From contig JASVEC010000001.1 in NCBI GenBank assembly GCA_030770535.1, positions 806,001 through 870,000 of the forward strand: DNA of 64,000 bases, given 5' to 3'. The position numbers and the translations under genes were made by a program. The DNA is from Batkoa obscura. Taxonomy: Eukaryota. Shown here in pieces: positions 43,003 through 57,300 of the stretch (positions are counted from its first letter, which is position 1; the number at the start of each line of letters is the position of its first letter). The notes under the pieces are model-generated. The model worked only from the letters and a program-made list of their open reading frames with translations. It ran no database searches and was not told the DNA's origin.

Positions 43003-43084
43003 GGCACCTTGGCGGAGTGGTTAACGCGGAGCCCTGCTAAGGCTTTTCCCTTTGGGAGCGCAGGTTCGAATCCTGTGGGTGTCG
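43003..43084 (+). tRNA. tRNA-Ser(GCT)
   Basis: 82 nt; GGCACCT/GGGTGTC acceptor, GAGCC-CTGCTAA-GGCTT anticodon arm, long variable arm, GGTTCGAATCC, G discriminator. Confidence 0.95.
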
Positions 43085-43475
43085 GTTGATTGGTAACCTC
43101 TTCTCAAGGTTCTAACCATTGTATTAAAAATATAGGTTTTATTTCTGTTTTTTTAACTAAAGTGGTTATTTTGAACAGGTTTCATTTAATACAATTTACA
43201 TAATCAAATATTTATTCTATTACATTGTGCACATTAAATATCGTTAACTCTAATCATTAATTAAGAAAGCAATGTAAACATTGCTTTGGAATCCTTAAAT
43301 ATTTTTAAGCCTTTTTACATATAACTAAGTTTAAACTATTAAATATACCTTTCAACATAAAGATTGGAATTGTTATAATATTTCAATATCTTAGATTTAT
43401 ATTATTATCAAAAAAGCAAATTTATTGTTCAAAATTTGACTATTTAAAATCTTAATTTTATTAAATAACATACTT

Positions 43476-45935
43476 TTACTCAATTTGTTTCAAATTTTCT
43501 TTCTCTTTTTCCATTTCTCTTTTTTTTCTTTCAGCTTCCTCTTTCTTGTCATAATAGCGGTTCATATTATCTAGTAACTCTTTTTTTTTGAGTTCCTGCT
43601 CCTTGTTATAATAAAAGATGGGTTGACTTGGGGGTAAAGGTTCTAATATGATAGGTTTAGTTATAACTTTAACTGGCTCAACTATGGGGTTAGCTTTCAT
43701 ATTCCGCCTCCTTTCTTCTTCAGCCTCTCGAGCCTCTTGAGCCTCAAAAATCGCTCTTTTTTTATGCGATTCTTTAAAGTGAAATTCAATGTTATCAATG
43801 AAATCTTGCACCTTTGGTGGCAACTTAACTATTCCAGTCACTTCATTTTTTTCTTTGCCTAGTTCTTCCACTGCTTTATCTGAATTAATGGCAATTTGAT
43901 TTTGATTCTGGTTTTCTATGCTTGATGGTAATGCTTCTAAATTAACATCTTGGTTTAAAATATTCGAGTTGACTGATTGATTATTTTGGGATACAACTAA
44001 ATTAGTTTGGGTTTTTGCTGTTACCTGTCCATCAAAATTCAATAAAGAAGAAGTTTTACGATAAAACTCAGTGGTATGGGGGAATTGAGCTTCGTCCAAA
44101 TGATCGCCCTGTTGGTAACATTCAAAGATCCAAGCATGGGAAACAATCTTCACATCATTTTCTTTGGCTTTTAGGAAATCGTTGAATTTTTCCTGCTTGC
44201 ATCTACTAGAGTGAATAAAGTGAGTACATTTTTCTGGTTCAAAGTTAACAACGTATTTTGCTCCCATCAATCGTGCTAATGGCCCATACTCTGGTATTAA
44301 ATGGCTAATCCTGGGACTAAAAAATAAGGTACAACCTTTCAAATAATCTCCTTTTGATTTTAATCTGGATAAATTTTTTATTTTTCCGGATGGATCCAAG
44401 ATTATACTTTGCATTTCATTGACAAGCCCACTAACTATTAAATGTTAATATTGTTTTACTTATTTATTATAGCATTACTTTCAGTACTACCATTTGACTT
44501 CGGAACATCTTGTTTTAAACCTGATTTTGATAGTTTGTTGGCTGGTTTAGCCAATTCAACTCTAATTTCATCAATAGTTTCATCGTCTATTAAATGTTAA
44601 TATAATATCACTTTGAGTACTTTATGGTTCACCTCCAGTACTATTAGGGATCTCAGAAACTTCCCGGTTTAAACTCGTTCTTTCTGGTTTTTTGGCTATT
44701 CTGAATCTTTCTAATTTATGGGGTGATGAAGCAGCCCTAGGGAGTGTACGCTTGACACGAGATGAATTTTCTGGATCAATAGATTCAGGGGGTGGAACCC
44801 TTTTTTGAACTCTATTATATGCCCCTTTATTCACAATAGCTTCTAAAACGTATGGGTGGTTAAGATCTCTCTATGAAAAAACAATTAATTTCTATAAAAT
44901 ATATGGTAGATAACAATACTGTTTCAGTTACTCTATAAAGCCACTCTTCAGCTATAATGAACATATTCGATTTCAAGGCAGCATTATATTTATCACCTGT
45001 AAACTTTGCGCAAATCAAATGGGTATTTCTAGTTGAAAACCCATGTGTGAATTTTCCGCCTAAACAGTGTTAATATCATTAATTAATATTGAAAAATTAA
45101 ATTACCTAAATACATTATAATAGTACATAGTTGCCTCTTTTTGATGGTCGTAAATCCAGTGCAAGCAAAGATATAGTTCTCAAATTCTAAAATTTATTAG
45201 CGAATGTTTAAATAGTATTTTAAAAATACCTTTGATAGCGTCGATCTTTTTTCTTGGCAAAAACAGGAAATTTTGCTGCGGATGATGAATAACAAATTCC
45301 TGATAATAATTAGTTGATCTTTAGAATCTCAAAGTAAATTTACATCATAACAGCATTCCAACCAAGCGTAAGTAACAGTAGCCACATTTTCATTGTTTTG
45401 AAAGTTGAAATCTGAGTCTTCGGATAAACTAAAAATATTATTAATGAAATCGAAACATCAATAACTACTGCTAACCTTGTTGTAGGAAGTACAATAAACT
45501 TAGGGAACATACAATATTCCTTTTTTACCATCGTGCCCCCCATAAAATTAATCAAAGATATGACTTCAGTTTTCTAAATAACAATTATTAACGTTATTTC
45601 TAAAATACAAACTATATACTTTAGCTCTTGAATTTTCCACTTCTTCATACCCATGAAGTGAAAAATTACAACCTTTAAACATAATAGAACGGATCTCTCT
45701 GTAAAAATATGCGTTGATTAATTTGACTGTCTAAAATTAAAATGATGGCTTACTTATTCGTTTTATTGGTGTTTTTTGTTTTAAATTTTATTGGGAACTG
45801 TAACATGAACCGTTTCCAAAACTGAGAACTAATACCATCCGTTGAAGTATTGACAGTATTGTTTTTTTTGTAAGGAACGGAGCCATTTCGTTTGATCTCT
45901 TCTCTGTTGATTTCGATACTGTTGAGCCATTCCAT
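43476..45935 (-). CDS. Multi-BRCT protein, TopBP1/Dpb11/Rad4-like; start codon uncertain
   Basis: Three BRCT repeats: MFKGCNFSLHG.., IFACTGF..NTHLICAKFTGDKYNAA..EEWL, YLKGCTLFFS..THFIH..IVSHAWIFEC..FPHT. Confidence 0.8.
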
Positions 45936-46399
45936 CTTGTAAATTTGAAATTAAAACTGAGTTTCATATTTTTGGTAAATTTTGAAAATATTACCAAACT
46001 ATTCTTTTTGATTTGATCAGCATTTTTAAAATGAGGGTACTTGATTCAATACAGTTTTTAAATCAGTTTAAAAGAATAGACACTATGAGACTACTAATTG
46101 TTATTAATATAAAGCAATATACTCAAATTTATATATATAAAAAAAGGAACTAATTCTTGTCTTTGATATTTATAAACGTAAAAAAGGACCATTAATATTT
46201 CATTAATCAAAGCGTAATAACGGGTATAAAATAAAGTTTAAGCAAAGGTCAACTTTAAATGATTTAGAAACTGTAGCATTTTTTTAAAAATCTTACAAAC
46301 TCAATATCGAAAATTCAAATGCAATTTAATTGGATGAATACTTTGAATATCATACCTATTTTTAATTTTCAACTCTATCTTTTAAAATTATTAAGAAAA

Positions 46400-47293
46400 A
46401 TGAGATTAACAGTCGATATAATCAATGAAAGTGAATGTCGAATTAACCCATTAAAAGATCGTGAACTTTATTTAAGAGGTAAACTAAACAAATTAAATAA
46501 TAATGGTAGCAAATATTAATTCATCTTTCCAGGTTTAAAAATCCCCGAAATTGAAAATTTTGGTTCTACAAAAGTAAGTGTATTAATCTAAGCTATAGGT
46601 AAAAATATAACACCTATATTCCAGGACTTAAACGACAGTATTGACTTAAGCGATAATGATTTATTACAATTGGGCAACTTTCCTTTATTACCTCGGTTGA
46701 AAAAATTATACTTAAGCAACAATCGTATCAGTATCATAGACCCCTTAATTGCTAAGCAGTTACCAAATTTAAATACATTAATATTAACAAATAATCAAGT
46801 GAGCGGTTTGGAGTATCTACTACCATTGAAAGAAATGAACAAATTAGAACATTTAAGTTTGATTGGGAATCCAGTGGTGAATTTAAATTATTATCGATTG
46901 TTTTGTATCTTTTTATGTAAGAAAATTAGGTTCGTTGACTTTCAAAGAGTTAAGGATGAGGTAAGTCTAAAAATAATCATTTTTTGATATTGATATTGGT
47001 ATTAAGTTTAACTCATAGGAAAGAAAACAAGCAAATAGTTTATTCTTAAATGAAAAAGGAGAGTTTAGTTCTATTGCTTTGGGTATCATTAATAAAGTAC
47101 CTGCTAAAACCTTTGAAGCTAATACAATTGCCACACAAAACAGTAAGTTTTTTTAACGTTTGTTAATCATTTTATCTTAATTCATTAATTATTTTTAGAT
47201 GAAATTAAAAATACAAGTGCCCTTCAATCTTTGACTGAAGAGGAGCAAAAAAGAATTCAAGCTTCTTTAAATAAAGTTTCTAATTTGGTTTAA
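46400..47293 (+). CDS. LEA1: U2 snRNP A' protein (LRR)
   Basis: MRLTVDII..INPLKDRELYLRGLKIPEIEN, DSIDLSDN, NFPLLPRLKKLYLSNNRI, YRL..DFQRVKD. Confidence 0.93.
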
Positions 47294-47385
47294 GATAAAT
47301 AAAAATAATAAAATAAAATAAAAATATCTATGTTAAAATGTTTTTCTTTTTATTTAAATAATAATAAATCAGCCAAATAAAAGTT

Positions 47386-50359
47386 TTATTCCAAAGATCG
47401 AACGCCATCTGTACTTGATCTATTTTCATCAGTTTGGTCATTATCTACATCCAATAACAACTCATCTTCATCTTCAGCAATGTATAATACATCAGTGCTA
47501 ACATTAGCATCACTCTCCCTCCTATCACCCCCCTCATCATCATGATAATGTTCACCATTATCATCATCTTCGTCATCCAACTCTTGTAACTGATAATCGT
47601 GTTCTTCATCATTTAGCAAAGACATTTCTCTCATCTGTTGATCTCTAAAAGGTTGATTTTTATATCTGTAAAATAGCATAATACTTAACACAATCAGTAC
47701 AACAAAACATAACAATAAGATAACATAGATCATAAAATTGTTCTGACCTTGGCCTAAAGAGTTAAGCTGAGATAATAATTGGCTATTATACTGGTCTTTC
47801 TCTTTTTGTTGGTCTACTTCTTTAAGTTTTTCATTGCCTTGATTTATTACTTTCTCTGTGTTCACTGGGGCTTGTTTACCATCTTCAGTAGCCGTTGGAA
47901 CCACACTACTCTCTATACTCTCCTTTGTCAAAGCAGTCTCAGCCTTATCAAGTGTCATCGTCCTTGTTAGGAAAACATCTTTTGTAGACTCAGCACTCGC
48001 AGTAATATTACTAGGTAAAACATAACTAACTACCTTTGATGGTATTCCACCATTTACTCCAGATACAGCTACCTTTTCTTTCTCCTTTTTATTATCTTCA
48101 TGTATAATTGTAGGTCTATCATTATTATCATTTTCTAAAGGTATAGTACTATCTCCATACAATGTCATATGCCAGCTTATAAAATCCCCAATAGCAAATG
48201 GATCTTTAATATCTTTAACTCTCAATTTCCACTCTCCGTCAGCTGGTTCATCCCTAAAAACAATAACTTAAATTTAACATTCTATTATATTATTATAAAT
48301 TATTACCAATGTTTCACAGTCATAAAAGTCCAATTTGGGAACCCTTGATCGCTATTATCTTTTAATCTAGGTACACAAATCTCTGAAACAATACCATTAG
48401 GAGATATCAAATCAATAGCAATGTCTGATCTCCTGCTATGAATAATGTTCACAGTAACAGTCACATGTTCTAAAGACTTAAGCTTCCCATTGTTTAAATC
48501 CTCTTTTTTGATGACTGTTGAAGACAGAATACCTTCATGATCTTGAGGTATTCTTTGTTGTACCATAATAGTAGGTGTAGTTAATTTCATTTGCTGGTTT
48601 TTGCTAGTAAAATTCATAGCATGATGAACATATTTATAACCGTCTACTTTGCCGTATCCATATTTTGGACTGTACCATCTTCCCATCCATGTTTTACTCC
48701 AGCTTTCGTCTTGTAAATTTACTGGGACTGCTGCTTGTACTGAAATATGTTGAAAATCGCGCCAGGTAAGATCAGGTCTTTTTTGAAGTGCTAACGCTAT
48801 AATACCTGCCATCATCGGTGCTGCTGCGGATGTACCGCCATGCGAATCCGTACATTGACTATGCCAAGAGGAGGAAGTATACTAAAATAAATTAATATCA
48901 AATATGATAAAAAAGGTAGAACTCATTACAATTCTAGCTCCAAAATTACCCGAAGAATAGGCGGTAATCATCATTGCAGTACACGCTTCTGAATAAGCTG
49001 GATGTTGGTTTTTAGCATCTACAGAGCCGACGGTAATGGAATAGATAGAATTCGTATACCCATCGAAGTTACAGTTATCCCCATTGATACCACCGTTACC
49101 ACTAGCAAATACAAAGATGCTACCTTTTTTTTGCCTACCATTTTCAGCTCCATTTTTAATTGCTTCTTCCACTATCTTTGGTGGTCGATCCATAGCTAAA
49201 CCATCATCTGGTGGTCCCCAAGAACAGGAATATATCTGATTAATCTGATATTTATAATTGATTGCAATAGCCTCTGCATCATCTGTTATTTCTTTGGATA
49301 ATACACGTATCCCTTTATAATAAATTAAACGTTATAAGATAAATTAGATATTATTATGTTTGTTTTTACCTGATACTTTTGACTCATAAGCAATCCCAAC
49401 CCCACAATCATTATTACGTATACCAGCAATTTGACCAGCACAACGGGTGCCATGAGTATCTTCGTCCAACATTGGCATTGGTAATGGTCGTTCATCATTA
49501 AAATCATATGAACCTTCAGCGAACTAATGAGTGGAATTTGTAAGCATTAAAATAAAAATTATTAGTGTTTTTAATTACAAAATTTTCTTTAATATCTCGG
49601 TGTTCATAATCAATACCTAGTAAAAAAATAAATTTAATTCTAGTTTTTGACTTAATTGAACCGTTTATCTACCGTCATCTACAATAGCAACAATAACTCC
49701 TTTACCAGTGATACCTTTAACAATTGAAGTATTAAACACTTTATTTATAAAAATCAATCAAAATATTATCTACCTTCCTCCCATAACTTTACAACATTTA
49801 AATCGTTTCCTTCATCCTCTTGATTATGCTAAAAAAAAGGCATAAATAATAATTTCAAGAACAAATTTAACCTCTAACTTACAAAATGCCACTGTTTAGG
49901 AAACCCCGGGTCTCTTATGCCCAACAAAGCATACCTTGTCGTATTCAATTCTTTTACCTTGCTCGGTCTACCTTTTCCTACCGGCCCTCTTTTCACTCTT
50001 AATTTAGGCACTTGTAAGTTAAATTCTGAGATACCATTGTTTTCTAGTTGACTCCTTTTGGATTTATTGGTCTTGTATAATAATGAATGTAATGGGTCCT
50101 TATTCAAATTGATCTGCTTGTTTCGCAAAAATAAATGGTAGTCTTTTAGTTCTCCTACAGGGCCTACATAGCTTAGATTGTAACGTTTAGCAAGTTCTAA
50201 CGGAGTCTGGGTTGAATCTAGCTTTAATGTGTAGTAGTTGTTTAACTTGTGGTTGTAATGATGCTGGTGGGTACTTGCTTCAGTACAGACAATCGAAATA
50301 AAGAGTAAGGATAATAGTGGATAAAAATGCCATTTTAACGGGTTTAATGGGGTTAACAT
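47386..50359 (-). CDS. KEX2: Kexin-type proprotein convertase (subtilase, P domain, TM helix), multi-exon
   Basis: KR propeptide site, [52 protein letters not shown]. Confidence 0.96.
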
Positions 50360-51092
50360 TAGATACAAGGATATAATAAATAGAATATTTTTTTAATAAA
50401 AAGTATATAATTTAATTGATTTTTATAGAATAGTTAAAATAATTTATTCAGTTTAAGCTTATTGGTAGATTTATAATTTAACATGCTTTTTGAACCTTCA
50501 ACTCCAACTTGATTTTTCATAATAAGCAAATGATAAATTTGGTTGCAAATTTCAAATTTTTTTGATTGTTAATTTACCGAGGTTTATACTGTGAATTTAA
50601 AAAAGCAAGCATTATTAAAGTCAAAAGAAATAGCTTTGAACAGATAAAGACAGTCAAAAAATAGTAATTAATCATTAATAAGTTTAATGAATTTATTGAA
50701 TTAAAATAATTGCTATCAAATACTCGATAAATCAGAATTTATTTTTAAAAGTAGTTGAATATAATGAATGATATGTTGACGAATGATTAGTTGAGCAAAA
50801 AATAAAGTAGAAAAAAGTGACTAAACACATCAGTAATTTAGAACAAAAACTCTTACATAAAGATTAAGCTAATAAAAAACAACAACGGTCAACTTAAAAA
50901 GTGCAAAAAGGATAAAACTGCAAAAAAATCAAAAGTTCTATAATTTACTTAATAGTATTGCACCAATTAATAAATTCAAAATTCAACAAAGATTTAGAAA
51001 TTTTATAAAAACAAGTAATTATTGAAAAAATTCATTTATATAAGTTTTTAAGTTTGAATATTTTTAAAAAAATAGAAAAAAAAGAAAGTAAT

Positions 51093-51958
51093 ATGGCAAT
51101 CCAAGGCGTCATACCATCAACGGGAAGTAAATTAGTACAATTAGAAAAGAATGTATCGAATTCGAATGGTAACTTGGTGACAAACTCTAACTCTAACAAT
51201 AGTGTAGCACCTACTACAGCTACAGTAAACTCAGAAATTCATCCATTACATTATACTTGGACCTTTTGGTTTATGCACCGTCCCCCAGGCCAAAAGATTA
51301 CTAACTATGAAGAGTCGATGAAAAGGATCGCTTCTTTTTCTTCTGTAAGTTTATAATAATTTTATTAGATTAATGATCATGGTATTAATATTGATAATAA
51401 TATTATAGATTGAAGATTTTTGGGCCGTGTATTCTCACCTACGTCGTCCAAGTGATTTGCCCACCATCTCCGATTATCATCTATTTAAACATGGGGTAAG
51501 GCCAGTTTGGGAGGTAAGAGATTAATGATTTCTCTAAAAGAGATAGAAGTGTGTTTATTAAAAATCATAAATTTATAGGACCCAGAAAACATAACTGGAG
51601 GCAAATGGTTAATCCGAATAAAGAAAGGTTTAGCTTCACGTTATTGGGAAAGTTTAGTGTTAGCTATTATCAGTGATCAATTTGAAGTTGGTAATGAAGT
51701 TTGTGGAGCTGTGCTTTCAATAAGATTAAATGAAGATATTATTTCCGTTTGGAACAAAACGGCTAAAGACCAAGAGATTACTGGGAAGATTAGGTAATTC
51801 TTATGCTTCATTTTAATTGAAGTTGTTTAATGTATGCTTTTTTATTTAGAGATACTTTGAAAAAGGTACTTGAACTTCCAGCAGAAACAGTCATTGGTTA
51901 TAAAACCCATGATGATGCTCTTAAAGATAATTCTAGTTTTCGTAATACCACTTTATAA
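51093..51958 (+). CDS. Class II eIF4E (4EHP/nCBP-like)
   Basis: HPLHYTWTFWF, NYE (Tyr at the cap-stacking position), EDFWAVYSHL, RPVWED, GGKW, DNSSFRNT. Confidence 0.9.
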
Positions 51959-52070
51959 ATAAAAACTAAAATTTTAACTAGCTTAAATTACTACTAAAAG
52001 AAGTAGAAAACATTGCTTATTTTATGTTTAAAATTTAAAATTAATGGTTTATATTTTATTATTATGATTT

Positions 52071-53342
52071 TTAATCTGAAAAATATTGTAGTTGAATACC
52101 CATAGATTTCAACATAGTATGAGAATTCAATTGATTAGTATTGTTAGAATTAGTAGGGGAGGCGATATTTAACCCCAAGGTATAATGTAATTGTCGATAT
52201 TTCCCACTAAAAAGTACTGAAAAGCCCTAAAGAATAATATTAAAGCATTGAAACAATCTATTTATAAAGAATAATTTCTATAAATTTCCTTACCTTACTT
52301 AAACTATACTTTGTTTTAATCATCCCTTCCTCTTTATTTCTCCATTCTAATCCTAAAGCATAATCCGATTCTAAAGAATGAGTATTGAAATAATACCTTG
52401 TACTACCAATCAATTGTGGATTTATCATATTTGTATAAGCTAAAGTTAAATGCCCCATAACTGGATTTATTGTCAATGTCATATCGGCTGGACTGGGAAA
52501 TAGAGCAAATCTACGTAAACCAAAAGATACTGAAATATTAATTGAAATAAACAAGATAGTTAATGAAATAAAGAAATCCTTACCACCACCAATTTTTTTA
52601 GCAGCTGAAAAATAAATCTCTCCACCTAAAGACCAAAATGGGCTATGATTTGTTCGGCTACTTCCTTCTGTAATTTTGTAAAGGGTGCGTATGCCTAATA
52701 GTTTATCATCAGAAGTAAAAGAATATTCGGTACACCATTTTTTAATCTCATGTTGTATTAAGAAATACGACTAAAATAAAATAAAAAATGAATCATTGCT
52801 ATTTGAAGTAAACTTACATGTGATTTCCCATTCTCATATGGCGTCATAATACCAGATAAAATAAATTGCAAGTTATTGTTGATTTTTTTAGTAAACAAAG
52901 CTTCTAGTCTAGGCGTAGGTAGATATAAATGTGAATAAAATAAATAGTTGATATCATTAAGTTTATCTTCTTTTGTTTCGTTGATTCTATTTAATTTATC
53001 AAAAAAAGTATTATAATAAATTAGTTGATTTTTTGGTAAGTTTAAACTTTGATTGGTATAAATGTATCCTAATGAACTTTTTAGTTTGCTCATATCATTG
53101 TTACCACTTAAACTCAATTTATTTTGTTCGCCTCGTTTGCCACTTATATAGCCATTGATACCTATTGGAATCTTAAAGTCTAAGATATCTAAATTGAAAA
53201 TTATAAATAATGTGAACAAAAATAAAAGGCAAAATATTAAATTACCATTAGAAGATTTACATAAATTGGAATATAAATTCTCTTGATTGAAATCATTTAA
53301 TTCAAAGTATTTGTATAAACAATATTGCATATAATCATACAT
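52071..53342 (-). CDS. MDM10: Mitochondrial outer-membrane beta-barrel Mdm10
   Basis: MYDYMQYCL..F, NLYSNL, ILDF.IP.G, WSLGGEIYFSA, MTLTINPVMGHL, FNTHSLESD, GIQLQYFS. Confidence 0.9.
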
Positions 53343-53621
53343 AATACTACTATTTTTTATCCGATTTTTTTTTCTATCTCTATGTTTTTTTTAAAAATGA
53401 TAAAAAGTATTTATTTAATTGGTTAGCTATTTAGTTAAATTTAGTTGCTTCACTTGAGTTTTATTCCCAATGCTACATTCAATAAGCTATTAGTAGTGGT
53501 ATTGTTTTCATTTAATATTAAGCATAATTATAATAAATAATCTAATATCATCGAATAATACCAATAGCTAAAATAAGATCTAGTTACTTAGACTAAATAA
53601 AGCTATACTGTTTTTCAAAAT

Positions 53622-53720
53622 GGGGGTGTTTTTTTTGGTTTCATTGCTTTTTCCACTTTTTAAGCACTATTTGAGCGGAAAGATTGTTAGCAAAATTTTT
53701 AAACAAAAAAATACATCCCT
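53622..53720 (+). mobile_element. MITE family A, copy 12
   Basis: 99 bp, same termini and core. Confidence 0.9.
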
Positions 53721-54343
53721 ATACTTAGAAGTTGGAAATCTGAATAAATAACGATATTTTATTTGAATTAAATAAAGCAGTTTTTCATCATTATTTTAAT
53801 ATTTTAATAATATTGTTTAATTTTTAAATTTTTTAGTAATTTTTAAGGTCCTCCTCCTTCCATTTGTAATTGTTTTACAAAAACTGCTGATCAAGTCATT
53901 TTAAAACTTTTCAAGCAATATACTACATCCTCACATATTACGCTTGCAAAAAACCAGCCCTCTAGCATTTTTCTAACCTTATTATTCTTTGAACTTTTTG
54001 ACCTACCCTCATAACTGTGGAGTATTGTTGTATTAATAAACCTAAGTTAATAAAAAGGGAGTCATGTAAATAACTTTGGTACTCGATATCTCTTCCCTCT
54101 TTTGACCACTTACCTCTCGTTCTTATTCTCTTTTATAATTTACTTTTTTAGATAAGCCATACAGTCCTTCCGAATCAGTAAATATATAAAAAAGAGTCAT
54201 AAATGAATTTAATATGACTTGTATGCATTTTCAGTCATCATCGAGAATTCTAATACTAGTGAATGAAAATTAACATCAAACAGGATTTAATATTATTGTT
54301 GTTTATTATCATTATTAATAAAAAAGAAACTGTTATACTATAT

Positions 54344-57300
54344 TTAAATAAAAACGTCCACTGGGATAATATTTTCCGCTGAGAATGCACCCGCTTCAAG
54401 TGACACCTGTTCCAAAAACTTGGTAGGAAAATCGACTAAATGGCCTCGAACATTAGACAACACCTTTTTAACTTGATTAGGCTGAACAAGTCTAAAATCT
54501 GGATGACCTGTCTGAACCACATTAGAATTAGGGATAAACAATTTATATTCATCCCAATTAGTTACTGTATCATCTGGTACACATCGGAATACTTTTCTAA
54601 AAGCTTTCGTATTATATTCTGACACATTAAACCAATAATGGTTGAAGGATTCTGATAGTGGGTCTTTCACTACCTCATCTTTATGGTAGGATATGTCAGA
54701 ACCTGAGTGATGAGATGGTACTGGGGAGGTTGGTGACAATACTTCATTTAAATCTTCTCCTGCTTCAAAGTTAATAAGATTTACCATCTCAGTACCTGTT
54801 AATAAACCCAAATGTTCCTTGAAGAGTGTGCATCTTAATGTATGAGCAAATTTGGCTACTTGGAACTAAGTAAAAAATATAATTAAATAATCAATAACTA
54901 AAGCATATTTTTAATTACCTCTTTCCCAGCCATGGTAGAAGGAATCATTTCTTGGTCTTCAACAATGATAGCCACTTCTGAATCCCTAAAACCAAGCATA
55001 GAACGATCATTGATATTAGCTGAACCACAAATAACTACACGATCATCCACAATCATTAATTTAGAATGAATATAAACCAGTTCAGTTACATATTGAGAAG
55101 CTGCTTCATGGTTTTCTGCTTCAATAGGTTTATTGCCTTCTGCTTCTAACGGTGTGTTGCTATGGCTTTCTTCTGGCTTATTGATATTCAATTTCAATTT
55201 CATTTCTTTTAACTTTATTTCGTTTTTATTCGAATGATCTATTCCAGCTGGTATAATTGTAGTTGGTTCATTTTTGTTTAAGTTCAAATTATTTCTCTTT
55301 CCAACATATGAAGGCAATTCTTCCTTTTCCTCCATTTCCAACGCTTTATTATTATTCTCTTGATCTTTACTATAACTACGCATATTCTTATCTTTCTTTT
55401 TACCTTTTGTCTTAGGCTGAGCCACCCTATTCTCAGACTCTTCTTCATCAGAGGATCTGGAACCTGCATCAGCACTTTTAAAAGCATCCAAAATGTTCTT
55501 AAATGAACTTTCATTTCTTTTAATATTCTGTTGCAAATGTTTAGGAAGTGGGCTTTTAACATTACCCTGACTATTGCTTCTAGTTTTTGGTAAATCAAAG
55601 TACCCCTCCGCTTGCTTTTCTGCTGGTGAATTAACCGTAAACCTATCATAAACTGCAGGAGTTTGATTCCCTTCCTCGTCTGTTTCGACGTCTGGTTTAT
55701 ATTGATGAGACTGTGGTATAAAATCATAGTTTCTAAGCCCATGGAAGTGAACGTATTTCGTTGGCTCAATCCCTTCTTTACGTAATTGTCCCATCACTGA
55801 TTCATCCCCTCGACATATCGATTGGTATTGCCATTGCATTACTAACCGAATCGTATTTGCACTAGCTTCATGTACGTCACTTTGAAAGGCTGGCATCAGT
55901 GGCATTATGACTATCACTTTAAATGGAGAATTTTCTTCATGTGCTTTGATAATTCTTTTTACTAAGGCCTATTAAAATGAATAAATAAATAAATATACAA
56001 TTATAATAAACTTACTTTAGCAATTTGATTTTTAACCGAATAGTTACTTTCCCCTTTAGCAGCAGAAACAAAAAATTGATTTTCAATATAAATAAAATGT
56101 TTAGCAGCTGCAATATTTTGTATATAAGCAGTATAAATGGAATTTTCCAATTCGATACCAGAAGACCACTCAGCACTAGATCTTAATACCTGTACCCTAC
56201 AGCTACCTTTTAGACTTTCCTCATCATAATCCTTAGAAAACTCAGCTTGTGGTAAAAGGTAAGGTACTTTAAGTTTTTGTTTTGCTTTAGAAGTCTTTAT
56301 GAAATTCCAACGTTCAATAAAATGTCTAGCAACATCTCTGGCCCCTACGCCAGTTAACGAAAGATGAATATCATGCCATGGCATTCTACCATGTTTCACA
56401 CGGTCGATTAATTCTTTATTATAATCCTCTACATTTTCGAAATCTCTAATTCGTGCATTGGAATAATCTTGACCAGGGAAAATAATATCATTGCCATCTG
56501 ATAATGGGTTATAATCTGCTACACGATGTGAGTTATCATCATATCTACCAAAACAAAGATCTAAACCGCCAACAAACGCCAACTTATTATCTATGACACA
56601 AATCTTTTCGTGATGTGCCCAAAACCAGGTACCATTGGCTTGTACACGATCTGGATGACGTAACACCTTAATGCGTGGATGTAATTTCTTCAATGTTTGT
56701 TTGGTATGTGCGGAATTATTAGGAAGAGAAACAGCAATCTCTTTATAGACGATGACAAAGACATCAACACCCTGTAAAGCTTTCTTTTTCAATAAACGAT
56801 CTAATCGGAAGGAAGGATATTGTGAAGGTGGTCTTCTTAAATATAATTCTGGACTAAGCCACCAATCAGCAATATAAATGGTATCTTTAGCATGTAAAAT
56901 AGCTTCAGAAACGTCATAAAAATAACCAGCTGCATCTACATACCATTTCAAATTACAATTTTCTCTTATTGGGGCAAAGGAATTATAGCGATGCTCTTTT
57001 GTCCACATGGATTTTTTAATAGCTAAATTGATATGAGTACTCCAATGTTTGATGTCATTATAAGATTCTCCTTTTAAATCAATTTGTCTATTATGATCTA
57101 TAATACTAATTTTACGATGATTTAAGGGATTCATAGATTCAAAAGAAGATAAGTTTAAACTTGTAAATTGATTAAAAAGATACACATCAATAGGGGAAGT
57201 ATCATATACTGATTTACACATAGCGATATAAGAATCCCTTACAATAACCCATCTAGAAGACCATCTATGAAACATAATAGGAAAACATCCTTTATTTGTT

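Noticed and set aside
53830..54250. Less AT-rich stretch downstream of PLD, with a similar case at 27200-27480
   Set aside because: No ORF, fold or family recognised
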